Part shown: positions 1-12,152 of the stretch, in pieces
How the letters are laid out: each line of letters starts with the position of its first letter
How positions within the stretch are numbered: position 1 is the first letter of the stretch
Notes under the pieces: generated by a model
What the model was told of the DNA's origin: nothing
The model's database searches: none
The model's input: only the letters and a program-made list of their open reading frames with translations
Source: Eledone cirrhosa
Lineage: Eukaryota
Direction of reading: 5' to 3'
NCBI GenBank assembly: GCA_964016885.1
Contig: OZ024763.1
Location: 10,664,001-10,728,000, forward strand
Length of the DNA stretch: 64,000 nucleotides
Program-made: the position numbers and the translations under genes

Positions 1-20
1 TTTCTTCAGTCTCTCTCGGC

Positions 21-280
21 TGTTGAACTGTAGAACTGAAGAACTGTAGAACTGAAGAACTGTTGAACTGTAGAACTGAACAACTGTAGAACTGTAGAAC
101 TGAACAACTGTAGAACTGTTGAACTGTAGAACTGTTGAACTGAAGAACTGTTGAACTGTAGAACTGTTGAACTGTGCAACTTTTGAATTGTTGAACTGTA
201 GAACTGTTGAACTAAACAACTGTAGAACTGTTGAACTATAGAACTGTAGAACTGTAGAACTGTAGAATTGTTGAACTCAA
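21..280. repeat. 8-bp tandem repeat (GAACTGTA/GAACTGTT)n
   Basis: Directly visible; explains ORF 6..284. Confidence 0.9.
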
Positions 281-654
281 GCAAAGATGTGACAATAATA
301 ACACTGAATGTAATTCCATGGCAATAGAAAGAAATGTGTACTCCTCAAACCATCAGAGTATACTTTGAAGCTGTTGGATAGAATTGTGTACTCCCATTTC
401 GCTGAAGCACAATATATAGGCTAAAACAGGAGCACACTTGAAACACGATTGTGATATGGTTGGCTGTCGTTAAATAGTTTATCCATTACACAGCTCGTTA
501 GATAACACTCAATACAAGTTCAATACACAACACCTATATTTTACAGAAAGGTCCTTTAGCTTCTAACCTCTCAGTCTCCACGTTTTCCTGTGTATCCTAT
601 ATTCCAGTTGATCTGATCAACGGAACAGCCTGTTTGTGAAAATAACGTGCAAGG

Positions 655-890
655 GAAGGCACGTGGCTTAGTTGTTAGGGTATTCAGCTCACAATCGTAA
701 CATCATGAGTTCGATTCCCGGTGGCGTTTTTGTGTCCTTAGGCAGTACACCTTATTTCATATTGCTTCAGTCCACTCAGCAGACAAAAAAACTAGTTGTA
801 CCTGTAATTTGAAAGGCCAGCCTTATCACATTCTGTGTCATGTTGAATCTCCCTGAGAACTATGTTATAGATACATGTGTCTGTGGAATA
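655..890 (+). mobile_element. tRNA-headed SINE family 1; other copies on minus at ~10050-10215, 12385-12650, 12660-12980, 52905-53115, 63620-63905
   Basis: A-box-like TGGCTTAGTTG, B-box GTTCGATTCC, and a shared body (tgttgaatctccctgagaactacg) in multiple dispersed copies. Confidence 0.85.
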
Positions 891-1152
891 TATATATGTA
901 TATATATATATATATATAATCGTGGAGTGATTTACACTGTTAAGAAAAAGTCGGCAGATTTTCAATCAACCAACTTTCTTCAATTGAATATATATATATG
1001 TGTGTGTGTGTATGTGTGTGTGTGTGTGTGTGTATGTGTGCGTTAAGTATTTCCATAGAAAAGGTAAAGGAAAGGAGAGTGCTCTATGTATTGTACAGAG
1101 CTATTTAATTATATTTTAAATATATATGTATGTATGTATACATATATACACA

Positions 1153-1240
1153 TAGGTCGGCTGAAAAGTTTATAGGTTGACCAAGATACTCTCATGGAAT
1201 GTGACCAAATGAAATATATCTTTCAACACAGTCCCCACTT
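1153..1240 (+). mobile_element. mariner/Tc1-like MITE terminus; similar piece at ~16060-16140
   Basis: ctgaaaagtttataggttgaccaagatactctcatggaat occurs twice and resembles mariner TIR ends. Confidence 0.5.
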
Positions 1241-1244
1241 CTTC

Positions 1245-1845
1245 CCCTGGCAGTGGAGACTTCTGGTGTCCTCGGCCCTAGGGCTACCTCCATCATCATC
1301 ATTCGTCGACTACTGTCGAGATGATGGATCTCACTCTCATGCCCCACAATTCCCCGTCCCCTATCGCTGCCCCCAGGTCCTGTCTACTGATTCCCGTATC
1401 CCTAGAGATAACGTCAGGGAATGACAGCTTCCTACTCCTAGTCAGGCTGGAGTCAGGGTTCCAGAGCAAGAGAGCGGATATGATTTCATTGCTGGCACGG
1501 TGACAGTGGCCAGCAAATTGAGCTCTCCGGGATTTTAGAAGGGCAGAGGCTCGAGGGAGTTTGCCATAGATTTTAGACAAGGTGGGATGTCGTTTCCAGG
1601 ATAGGTTTTGCACTCTCATTAAGAGGCGGGTATATGTGCCATCCAATCTCCTCTCAAGTTGTGATGTTAGTGTCCAAGTTTCGGATCCATAAAGTAATAT
1701 GGGCTACCTCCTTACTCACCACCATAGGCGCTGAGCTGGCCAGCCACAGCAGGTGTGAACCCCGCAAGTTGGAGTGGCTCTTCCAGCGTGTCTCCCTTGC
1801 CGTCCTCCATGGGAACGCCTTCTCCATCCTGTCCGCCGGGGCTGT
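1245..1845 (+). mobile_element. CRE-clade non-LTR retrotransposon C-terminal (REL endonuclease) fragment, split by an RTE insertion; related fragment at 40130-40322
   Basis: Joined translation AVETSGVLGPRATSLLTTIGAEL...EWLFQRVSLAVLHGNAFSIL matches the CRE C-terminal pattern (A.ET.G..G ... QR.S.A..RGNA). Confidence 0.75.
1292..1700 (-). mobile_element. Young 5'-truncated RTE-type LINE with (TGA)n tail
   Basis: RT C-terminus LDGTYTRLLMRVQNLSWK...FAGHCHR; 11-bp TSD GGGCTACCTCC at 1281-1291 and 1701-1711. Confidence 0.9.
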
Positions 1846-1996
1846 GTGTGTGGAGGGGGGGGGGGGGGGGGGGGCATCACGTAACATTCCATATTTAGGT
1901 ACCCGAAACACAAAACTTTATTGCCTAGCATGTTATTATTGATACATTGCAGTTAGGGCTGTGATAAATACTAATTTTAGAATTAATTAAACAAAT

Positions 1997-2383
1997 AATT
2001 GTTTCTACTTTTGGCACAAGTACATTACACAAGCAATTACCCCAGTACATTACTGGTACTTCATTTTATCGACCCCGTAAGGATGAAAGGCAAAGTTAAC
2101 CTCGGCGGGATTTGAACTCAGATCATAAAGGGCCGTAACTCTTTACTGCTAAGCATGGTGTCCGATTCTCTACCGATACTGCCAATCCCCTAAACAAATA
2201 ATTGTTTCTACTTTTGGCACAAGGCCATCAATTATCCCAGTGCATTACTGGTACTTTATTTTATCGACCCCGTAAGGATGAAAGGCAAAGTCAACCTCGG
2301 CGGGATTTGAACTCAGATCGTAAAGGGACGTAACTATGCTGGAAAGCATGGCGTCCGACCCTCTACCGATACTGCCAATCCCC
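1997..2383 (-). mobile_element. Two tandem copies of tRNA-headed SINE family 2 (~185 bp); other copies at 9083-9268(-), 11337-11520(-), 21688-21872(-), 36418-36603(+), 40362-40550(-), 41985-42116(+), 46344-46527(-)
   Basis: A-box TGGCAGTATCGG and B-box GTTCAAATCCC on the element strand; closely similar dispersed copies; TSDs such as ccatttgctcacaatagt flank the 40.4-kb copy. Confidence 0.9.
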
Positions 2384-3822
2384 TAAACAAATAATATTTA
2401 AAGTATATAGAAGAATGTGGCAGCATATAAGTAAATATTGTTGCTGCTGAAACAACAGGCTGGTAGTTCCCAAAGTATTAAGATTAGAGGATGATGGAAA
2501 CCACAACAGTCACAGTATTCCTCGTTTAACCAATACCAACGTGTCCTTTTGTCAGACGATAGAGTGTGATCTGAGCAATATTTGGTTGCTATTTTTAACA
2601 TATCGAGGGCTTCCACTCCGCCTTGTCGACTCGCTGCAGTTCCGCACGAAACACTTCCTGTCTGGTAAAGCATAATTCCGCAGTAAACATAGACAATGAG
2701 GGAGGGGTGGGAGAAGAACCTTCTAGATGTCAAGAGAGAGAAAGAGAGTGTGTGTGCGTGTGTTAGAGAGGGAGAAAGTGTGCGTGTGTATGAGAGAGAG
2801 GAAGACCGTGCATGTGTGAGAGAATGTGCGTGAGGGTGTGTCTGTGTGAATGTGAGGGTGTGTATGTGTGAATCAGAGAGAGTGTGTGTGTGAGAGGGAG
2901 CAAGAGAATGTGTGTATGTGTGAGAGAGGGTGTGTATGTGAGAATGTGACAAAGAGTGTGTGTATGTAAAGGAATGTGTGTGTGTAAAAGAACGTGTGTA
3001 AGATAGTGTGTGTGTGTATGTAAAAGAATGTGTGTGTGTAAGACTGTGTGTGTCTGAGAGAGGAGGAGACGGGGTGCAAGGGAGAGGAGGTAGACGTTGA
3101 ACAAAATCAACAAATGGAAAAGACAGAGAGGAAGATAAAAAGTAATTTTTAGAGAGGAATAAAAGAGAGAGAGAGAGAACTGGTGTGACAGAGAGAGGGG
3201 GAGAACAGGTGAAAAAGAGAGAGACCGGGTGTAACAGAGGGGGAACTAGTTACAGAGAGGAAGAAAGGGTGTAGGAGAGCGAGAGAGGGTGTAGGAGAGG
3301 GAGAGAGAGGAAGAACTGGTGAAAGAGAGGAAGAAAGAGCGTAAGAAAGGAAGAACGCGTGAAAGAGAGAGAGAGAGTATATCAGAAAAGAGAAAACAAA
3401 GTGTGAAAAGTAAAAGAGGAAATGAGAAAGAAAGAGCGGAAGGGGGAGACCGGAAGTAAAGTATATATATATATATGTGTGTGAGTATGCTTATATATAT
3501 GTGTGTGTGTATGCTTATATATGTGTGTATATATTATATATTTATATGTGTGTGTATATATTATATATATATATGTATGTGTGTGTATATTATATATGTG
3601 TCTGTGTATGCTTATATATGTGTGTGTATGCTTATAAATGTGTGTATATATATTATATATTTATATATGTGTGTGTGTATGCTTATATATGTGTGTGTAT
3701 ATATTATATATATATATATGTGTGTGTATGCTTATATATGCGTGTGTGTGTGTGTGTATGCTTATATATATATGTGTGTGTGTGTATAATTTCATTTATA
3801 TATATATAGAGAGAGGGGCGGT

Positions 3823-4880
3823 TTGATAGGATGGCGATGGTGTAGAAGTTTAGGAATGGGAGAGAAGCGAGGCCATTGGTGTGGCTATATTAGACGCACA
3901 CTGAGTGTGCCCAGGCGCTCACCGCCCTCTGGCAGGCGGATCCGGTTATCAGTGGAGACTCCACCGCAACATTCTATAGAGGGCTGGTACGCAGCAGGTG
4001 CGACGACGCCCTCGGAGAAGCCCTAGACATGGAGGAGGACGAACTGGCCAGCCTGTTCGGTAGGACATTCAGCCCGGGACCTATGGACAACTTCCAGAAG
4101 TCCCTGGCCTGGCAGTGCTACCGAGGGGCTTTACCCGTTCGAGAAAGGCTCTACAGACACGGGCGCCCGGGTAGGGACCCCGCCAAAAAGATCTGTCCCA
4201 GATGCGTGTGCGACGAGGAAACCGTTGCACACGCATTGGTACACTGCTCGGGCGTAGCCGATCTGTGGGGCTATGTCGAACAACTGCTGTCAAGGGTGGG
4301 ACCGATCCGGTTGACCACCGAGTCTATTGTAATGATCAAGCCGCCTCCCCCCTTCAAAGATGAAGCAGAGGCGGTGTTTCTGTGCGTAATAGCCATGGCG
4401 AAAGAGGTTGTATGGTGGACGCGTCTGAAAGGACTGAGGTCAGGCACCTTTCTCTCTGGCCAACAACTGGTCCGTTTCTTCCGATATCATTTCGGAAGAA
4501 GGATCAGGATGGAGAGAGAGGTGCTGCACCCCAGCCGTTTCTATGAAAGATGGGTGAAAGTGGCGAGAATGGCCCGTGTGAATGGGCCTTCACTCTACAT
4601 CAGACTATAGGTGAGGAAGATGAAAGACCAAGGGAGCACCCCTTCTCTGTGCTCCTGAGGAGAAGGGTTGCACACTTTTTTCGGGGGTGTGTGCGACCCC
4701 CCAAGGCGCCTCCTCTCTATTGAGGATTTTGTTAAAAAAAAAAATTTTATTTTTTGTTATATCTTATTTTATTTTTATATTTTGTTATTGCCTCCTCCTT
4801 ATTGAGGACGCCTTTTTGTGTAAACTCCCCCCTTTGTACTTGTCCCACTTTTGATGCCCTAGTGGCAAATAAAAGAAACA
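3823..4880 (+). mobile_element. L1/Tx1-type LINE 3' end (zf-RVT CCHC domain plus 3'UTR)
   Basis: ORF 4029..4610 has W..YRGALPVRERL...CPRC..DEETVAHALVHC; T-rich 3'UTR with AATAAA near 4868; embedded in (TA/TG)n. Confidence 0.85.
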
Positions 4881-5066
4881 TATATTAGACACGTTAACAG
4901 AGAGGCAAAGATCTACTTAACATTTGGCTCTCACTTTCTAACACATATATATATATGTGTGTATGTGTGTGTACACATATATATATATGTGTGTGTACAC
5001 GCATATATATATATATATGTGTGTATGTGTGTGTACACATATATATATATATGTGTGTGTACACGC

Positions 5067-5097
<31 letters not shown>

Positions 5098-5179
5098 CAT
5101 GCATATATATATATATGTGTGTGTGCATGCATATATATTATATATCGTTACACACATCCACATATATATATATATATAC

Positions 5180-5220
<41 letters not shown>

Positions 5221-5791
5221 CACACGTGGTACAGTAACTACTTCCGCCGTACAGCTTCCGTTTTCTCATAGACATCACCGACCAGTTAAATGCAACGCCG
5301 TCAACTCCACCGTCTTATTGTTTGCATCACCCTCACTATCATCATCATCACCAACAACACCACTACTACTACCACATCCATCATCACCACCAACACCAAT
5401 ACTACCACCACATTCATCATCACCACCAACACCAACACCATCACCACCACTACCAACACCACCAACAATACCATTACCATCTACGTGGTTGTTTAACATG
5501 TTAGAAATAGCAACCGATTTGCTCCCATTCTCCTACCATACCATCAAACAAGGAAGGCCAAACACTAGATAGTGTAGCCTTACATATACCCCCACCCCCA
5601 ATTCAAAAATGTGGATGGTGAGAAAAAAGTAATGGATGCAGAACTAGTGACTGGGTATTGAGTGCTCAGAGTCGCCTTTTAACATATATGCACACAGTCA
5701 TGCACCCTCTTCTACCAATAATAATTTCAGGGTTATAAGTTCCCTCAGTATGCTGCCCTGAATGATGTCATGGTAAAGGTGCCCTCCACTA

Positions 5792-7218
5792 TAGTGATTG
5801 TAAACTACCCAGGTACGACTGGGGTGATTGTAAACCACCCAGGTACGACTGGGGTGATTGTAAACCACCCAGGTACGACTGGGGGGATTGTAAACCACCC
5901 AGGTACGACTGGGGGGATTGTAAACCACCCAGGTACGACTGGGGGGATTGTAAACTACCCAGGTACGACTGTAGTGATTGTAAACTACCCAGGTACGACT
6001 GGGGGGATTGTAAACTACCCAGGTAAGACTGGGGGGATTTTAAACTACCCAGGTACGACTAGTGATTGTAAACCACCCAGGTAAGACTGGGGGGATTTTA
6101 AACTACCCAGGTACGACAGTAGTGATTGTAAACTACCCAGGTACGACTGGTGGGATTGTAAACCACCCAGGTACGACTGGGGGGATTGTAAACCACTCAG
6201 GTACGACTGTAGTGATTGTAAACCACCCAGGTGTGACTAGGGATTGTAAACTATCCAGGTACGACTGTAGTGATTGTAAACCACTCAGGTACGACTGTAG
6301 TGATTGTAAACCACCCAGGTGTGACTAGGGATTGTAAACTACCCAGGTACGACTGATGGGATTGTAAACTACCCAGGTACGACTGGGGTGATTGTAAACC
6401 ACCCAGGTACGACTGGGGTGATTGTAAACCACCCAGGTACGACTGGGGTGATTGTAAACCACCCAGGTACGACTGTAGTGATTGTAAACCACCCAGGTGT
6501 GACTAGGGATTGTAAACTACCCAGGTACGACTGATGGGATTGTAAACCACCCAGGTATGACTGGGGTGATTGTAAACCACCCAGGTATGACTGGGGTGAT
6601 TGTAAACCACTCAGGTACGACTGTAGTGATTGTAAACTACCCAGGTACGACTGATGGGATTGTAAACTACCCAGGTACGACTGGGGTGATTGTAAACCAC
6701 CCAGGTACGACTGGGGTGATTGTAAACCACCCAGGTACGACTGGGGTGATTGTAAACCACCCAGGTACGACTGGGTGATTGTAAACCACCCAGGTACGAC
6801 TGGGGTGATTGTAAACCACCCAGGTACGACTGTAGTGATTGTAAACCACCCAGGTATGACTGTAGTGATTGTAAACTACCCAGGTACGACTGGGGTGATT
6901 GTAAACCACCCAGGTACGACTGGGGTGATTGTAAACCACCCAGGTACGACTGGGGTGATTGTAAACCACCCAGGTACGACTGGGGTGATTGTAAACCACC
7001 CAGGTACGACTGGGGTGATTGTAAACCACCCAGGTATGACTGGGGTGATTGTAAACCACCCAGGTACGACTGTAGTGATTGTAAACCACCCAGGTACGAC
7101 TGGGGTGATTGTAAACCACCCAGGTACGAATGGGGTGATTGTAAACCACCCAGGTACGACTGGGGTGATTGTAAACCACCCAGGTACGACTGTAGTGATT
7201 GTAAACCACCCAGGTACG
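5792..7218. repeat. 30-bp minisatellite (GTGATTGTAAACCACCCAGGTACGACTGGG), ~48 units
   Basis: Directly visible tandem array. Confidence 0.95.
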
Positions 7219-7397
7219 ATAACATTTCTGCCAGGTGGTATTCTACCTCCAAAAAACCTTATCACTTCAGCCACAGACCCGGGCACTTCCACCCGTAACT
7301 TTGAGGGGAGGAAGATAGCGAAAAATTGTGACTGAACTGGCCACTTTTTTCCACAAGCTAGGAGGTAGCCATGTGAGGTGGAGCGGTTGATGCAGCG

Positions 7398-7628
7398 GCT
7401 GTGACTGGCTGTTTGCTGCAGCTGAAATATACTGCCTAACCCAGCTGTGACTGGCTGTTTGCTGCAGCTGAAATATACTGCCTAACCCAGCTGTGACTGG
7501 CTGTTTGCTGCAGCTGAAATATACTGCCTAACCCAGCTGTGACTGGCTGTTTGCTGCAGCTGAAATATACTGCCTAACCCAGCTGTGACTGGCTGTTTGC
7601 TGCAGCTGAAATATACTGCCTAACCCAG
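7398..7628. repeat. 46-bp tandem repeat x5
   Basis: gctgtgactggctgtttgctgcagctgaaatatactgcctaaccca repeated. Confidence 0.95.
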
Positions 7629-7974
7629 GTGTCTCAGACACACAGCTCACAAACTACTTTTGTATGTCCAGCAGCAGAATAATTTCCGTGACTAATATTT
7701 TTCTAAAACTTGGTAATTTGTTCCATGCCCCTACCCTATTCTTGCAACAACAACAGCATTAAGCTTGACCGCCCAACCTAATGCAAACAGACAGTCAATT
7801 TAAGATCAGCCAAGGTCTAACCATCTTTCTCCTCAGGGAAAAGGTAATATGTACTTTAATTCAGTATTTGTGCCAACCCTTGCCAGAAGACCCTTGATTG
7901 CGAATACCAGCAGACGAAGGGTGGTTCCTCGAAAGGGTCTTTGTAGTAACGTTACTGGATAAAGTGGGTAGCTT

Positions 7975-8420
7975 GGAGATCAGGTAGAGCTATTACTTCT
8001 CCGAATTGAGAGATCACAGCTCCAATACTATGGGCATGGGGTTAGAATGTCTCGGGAAAGAATTATTGGACAGATTTTACGGGCAAAACCAGCCTGCAGG
8101 AGACCCAGAGGTGGACCCCCGAGTAAGATGGTTGGATAACATCCATGAACTTGGCTGGTCTCGCTTTGGGATCCAGACAGATTAGTTGGAGACGGTTGCT
8201 TCTGACAGGACCCGCTGGAAGGTGTGGTTGAGGACTCTGCCCCCACGACCCTCTCAGGAATAAGTGGGAGGAGAAGAAGAAGAAGATGAAGAAGACGAAG
8301 AAAAAGAAGAATAAAGAAGAAAAAGAAGAAAAAGAAAAAAGAAGAAAAAGAAAAAAGAAGAAAAAGAAAAAAAGAAAAAGAAGAAAAAGAAAAAAGTAAG
8401 AAAGAAGAAAAAGAAAGAGG
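7975..8420 (+). mobile_element. RTE-type LINE 3' fragment followed by (GAA/GAAAAA)n; related fragments on minus at ~44460-44580 and 60170-60440
   Basis: LLLRIERSQLQYYGH..RMSRERI...RRPRG.P...WLDNIH remnant. Confidence 0.7.
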
Positions 8421-8747
8421 AATGGTTTTTTTCATGTTTTTTTAAACGAATCTGACTTCTAAAACCAATGGAATTTGTATTTTAATTAAGTGAGCATGGA
8501 AGGTTGGGGAGGGGGCAAATACCTAATGCAGGTGTCATACTTTCTTCACCTGCCTCAGATTCTGAATATTCCTGCTTACTAACGCTATCATGTTGGAGAT
8601 ATGAGAGAAATAGATATAGTTTGGCTGCCTCAACAAAGAATTTCTATAAAACATTGTCTTCATTTTCATTGGAAGACCTAAATATATATCTGGCCAGATA
8701 TTGCTCTAAATATTTTCACCAAATACCTGGTCTTTGTATTAACTCTT

Positions 8748-8986
8748 TTAACCCTTTAGCATTTACATTACTCTCTATATACTATTGTATTTTCACAGTA
8801 AAGGCTTTACCTCACATAATATCTCACATAACATTTACATTACTCTATATATACTATTGTATTTCACAGCTTTATCTCACATAATATCAAATCTATGAGA
8901 TTTTGATATTATTTATTTTGAGAGCAATACCTTAATGTCAGTAAGAGTGGTCTGCTATGTCCGGTTTGAACGGAATGAGGGGTAAA
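8748..8986. mobile_element. piggyBac-type (TTAA) MITE; other copies at 11181-11602, 36748-37098, 59622-59820
   Basis: TTAA|CCCTTTAGCATTTA...TAAATGCTAAAGGG|TTAA-type termini and a shared internal sequence. Confidence 0.8.
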
Positions 8987-9307
8987 CAGTGAAACTGCCT
9001 AACACTTGTTGTACACCACTTACCATAACTCTAGCAGCCCACCACAATTATTTCCTACTGAATCTCATATTTGTTAAGCCTATAATTGTTTCTACTATTG
9101 GCACAAGGCCAGCAATTACCCAGTGCATTACTGGTACTTTATTTTATCGACCCCGTAAGGATGAATGGCAAAGTTAACCTCGGCAGGATTTGAACTCAGA
9201 ATGGAAAGGGCAGTAACTCTATGCTGCAAAGCATGGCGTCCGACCCTCTACCGATACTGCCAATCCACCGGGAGATTATAATAATATCAATGACTTGCAA
9301 TAGCTCA

Positions 9308-9773
9308 TAGAGTAGGTTACCATAGGGTAGATTACCATAGGGTAGGTTACCCTAGGGTAGGTTACCATAGGGTAGGTTACCATAGAGTAGGTTACCATAG
9401 AGTAGGTTACCATAGGGTAGGTTACCATAGAGTAGGTTACCATAGAGTAGGTTACCATAGAGTAGGTTACCATAGAGTAGGTTACCATAGGGTAGGTTAC
9501 CATAGAGTAGGTTACCATAGGGTAGGTTACCATAGGGTAGGTTACCATAGGGTAGGTTACCATAGGGTAGGTTACCATAGAGTAGGTTACCATAGAGTAG
9601 GTTACCATAGGGTAGGTTACCATAGAGTAGGTTACCATAGGGTAGGTTACCATAGAGTAGGTTACCATAGGGTAGGTTACCATAGAGTAGGTTACCATAG
9701 GGTAGGTTACCATAGAGTAGGTTACCATAGGGTAGGTTACCATAGAGTAGGTTACCATAGGGTAGGTTACCAT
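9308..9773. repeat. 15-bp minisatellite (GGTAGGTTACCATAG/AGTAGG...), ~31 units
   Basis: Directly visible. Confidence 0.95.
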
Positions 9774-10249
9774 AAGTTTGTTAAGGCTAGGCTAGGCTGG
9801 TTTACTCTGTGAGAACTCACTTGAGACTGAAGTGCTTTAGAAGATTTTTTGAATTATTTCCCCTGCAACTGCTTTATTTTTGGGGGTCATCTTATCCGGT
9901 GAATATAGACCTAAACCTGAATTACACTTCAGAATTTTATGGGTAATCCTATGCGCTGGATCAACTTCTACGCCTGCATATATGGTAATAAGCAGGACAG
10001 TTGATCAACTTTTGTCAAATCCGACCAAGGGAGCAATGTATCCATGGGTCTTTCCAATTGCTAATACTATCTATTGGTTGCAACTTCAGGTAGCAGGAGC
10101 AATATGAAATAAAGTGTCTTGCTCAAGGACAAAAGACATCGCCTGGTCCAGGAATCAAACTCACAACCTCATGATTGCAAATCCAATTCTCTAACCACTC
10201 AGCCACATGCCTTCACCATATGGTTAATAAATAATATAATATATACATG

Positions 10250-10640
10250 TAGGCACATGGCTTAGTGGTTAGAGCATTGGCCTCGCAATCGAAAGGTTGT
10301 GAGTTCAATTCTCAGACCGGGTGATGTGTCGTTTCCTTGAACAAGACACTTTATTTCACATTGTTCCAGTTTACTCAGCTGTAGAAATGAGATGATAGGG
10401 ACTGGGGTCCCTATCATTCCACTGTAAAGTGATTGTGGAGGTGCCATGGCAAAAAAGCACCCAGCCCACACTGTAAAGTGGACGTGGAGGTGCCACGGAG
10501 AAAAGGCACCCAGCACTCACTGTAAATGAGGTTGGTGTTAGGAAGGGCATCCAGCTGTAGAAATCAAGCCAGAATCAGTTCCTGTCCCACCCTTGCAAGC
10601 AGGGAAAAGCAAACGTAAAATGATGATGATGATGATGATA
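10250..10640 (+). mobile_element. tRNA-headed composite SINE family 3 with RTE-derived tail; other copies at 14895-15230(-), 23262-23625(-), 23771-24270(+), 35870-36135(-), 40635-40975(-), 56307-56695(+), 62285-62680(-)
   Basis: A-box TGGCTTAGTGG, B-box GTTCAATTC, ~50-bp internal repeats, and a 3' end matching RTE LINE ends followed by (TGA)n. Confidence 0.9.
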
Positions 10641-10821
10641 CTATGTATAAATAGATTTTATATATTTTATTATATTTATATATAATATATATCACTTGAT
10701 ATTTAATATACTATTATATCACCTCTACTGCCCCCTTAGGCCTCAGTGCCTCATGGACCTTCTCAACGCCCCCTCCCCCATCCCCGGGGTGGAGTGGGGG
10801 TGGTAGTGTCCACTCTGAAAA

Positions 10822-12152
10822 CCTTTGCTGTAGGCAGTCCAGGAATCAGTATAAATAATTTAGCCAGGTTTAATATATTTGGGGGCGAAAAGAACAAGTG
10901 TGGCTTTGTCCCACTTATTGCCATCTAAATTCACCACAAAGCAACATTTACTAATTTCTTCCATCCTGCCAAACAACCAAATCTCGTTCAAAATCTGACC
11001 TGTCAAATATTTGTGGTGATCTATTAGTGTTTCATCAATCTCCGCCACAACACTTTCACTGACTCCAATCACTCCTTGATCAGACAACCACAGACCTCTT
11101 ACTTCACTACAGTAGAATCTCCTGTCAACATTTGTGTTACCAGACATTTTTAAATATTTCAACATAGCTCTATGGTTCTTTAACCCTTTAGCATTTAAAC
11201 TGGTCATATCTGACCAGAGTTCTCTCACCTCTTTCTGTTTAAACCGGCCATAATCAGCCACTCATACTGACATTATGGTATTGTTCTCAAAATAAATAAT
11301 ATCAAAATCTCATAGATTCGATATTATCTGAGATAATAATTGTTTCTTCTTTAGGCACAAGGCCAGCAATTATCCCAGTGTATTACTGGTACTTCATTTT
11401 ATCGACCCCCGTAAGGATGAAAGGCAAAGTTAACCTTGGCGGTATTTGAGCTCAGATCATAAAGGGACGTAACTCTATGCTTCAAAGCATGGTGTCCGAC
11501 TCTCTACCGATACTGCCAAAATGTGAGATAAAGTGTTTACCATGAAAATATAATAGTAATATTATAGTAAATATAATAATAATGTAAATGGTAAAGGGTT
11601 AACCCTTTCATGACTGCATTTCTAATGAATTTTAATTAATTAATGGAGAATTTTGATGGATTTACTAAAATTATTAATTATTTAATTACTAAAACAGTAA
11701 GTTAATGTAAGATTCTTATATAAAATTATGTCGGAAGATTTTAATTTAAACTGGAAACCTTTAAAATGGGTGGTTTTATTTCATAGAACAAGAGCCAGTT
11801 TTGGCCGGGTTGGTAACTAAAGGGTTAAATGGTGTTAAAAAGGGTTGATGAAAAGAATGATTTGTCTTGGAAGAATGTGTCTACTCTTTATGAACGAACC
11901 TTTAAAATTAGATACACAAAATCTATTATACCAGCTTTTTTTTCGATTTTGGGACAACATAACCTACCCTGCTATAAATGTTTATCTTTTTGATACACAC
12001 AATTGGAATCGCAATGGGGACAGTTTAGTGTTTGACACAGGACACCATGCAAACACTGCAACGAGTCAACCAATACATTTTGCGATATCTTTATGGAAAT
12101 TGAGGTTGCATTCATAGCAATCAAAGTTACATTTTTGGAAAATGTCTTCCAT
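10822..12152 (-). pseudogene. Merlin (IS1595/ISXO2-like DDE) transposase relic, interrupted by MITEs
   Basis: Zn-ribbon LNCPHCDSNC upstream, then FYCSEV...VAEIDETL..HKYL.GQIL.EIWLFG...DKATL...KYIKPG*IIYTDSWTAY; contains stops and frameshifts. Confidence 0.85.
11599..11827. mobile_element. Second piggyBac-type MITE sharing a TTAA with its neighbour
   Basis: TTAACCCTTTCATG...CTAAAGGGTTAA. Confidence 0.75.

Noticed and set aside
2595-2665. Possible terminal exon on minus (cag|..QEVFRAELQRVDKAEWKPSIC*)
   Set aside because: No recognisable homology or partner exons; it runs into a motif (tgttaaaaatagcaacc) repeated at ~5500, so it is probably part of a repeat.
5770-7335. Repetitive IVNHPGTTG ORFs as a structural protein
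   Set aside because: Frames shift at unit indels, several frames on both strands are open, and there is no splice or start context; this is a minisatellite.
7220-7730. Faint resemblance of the minus-strand translation to DIRS/Ngaro sequence
   Set aside because: Too degenerate to support without a database search.
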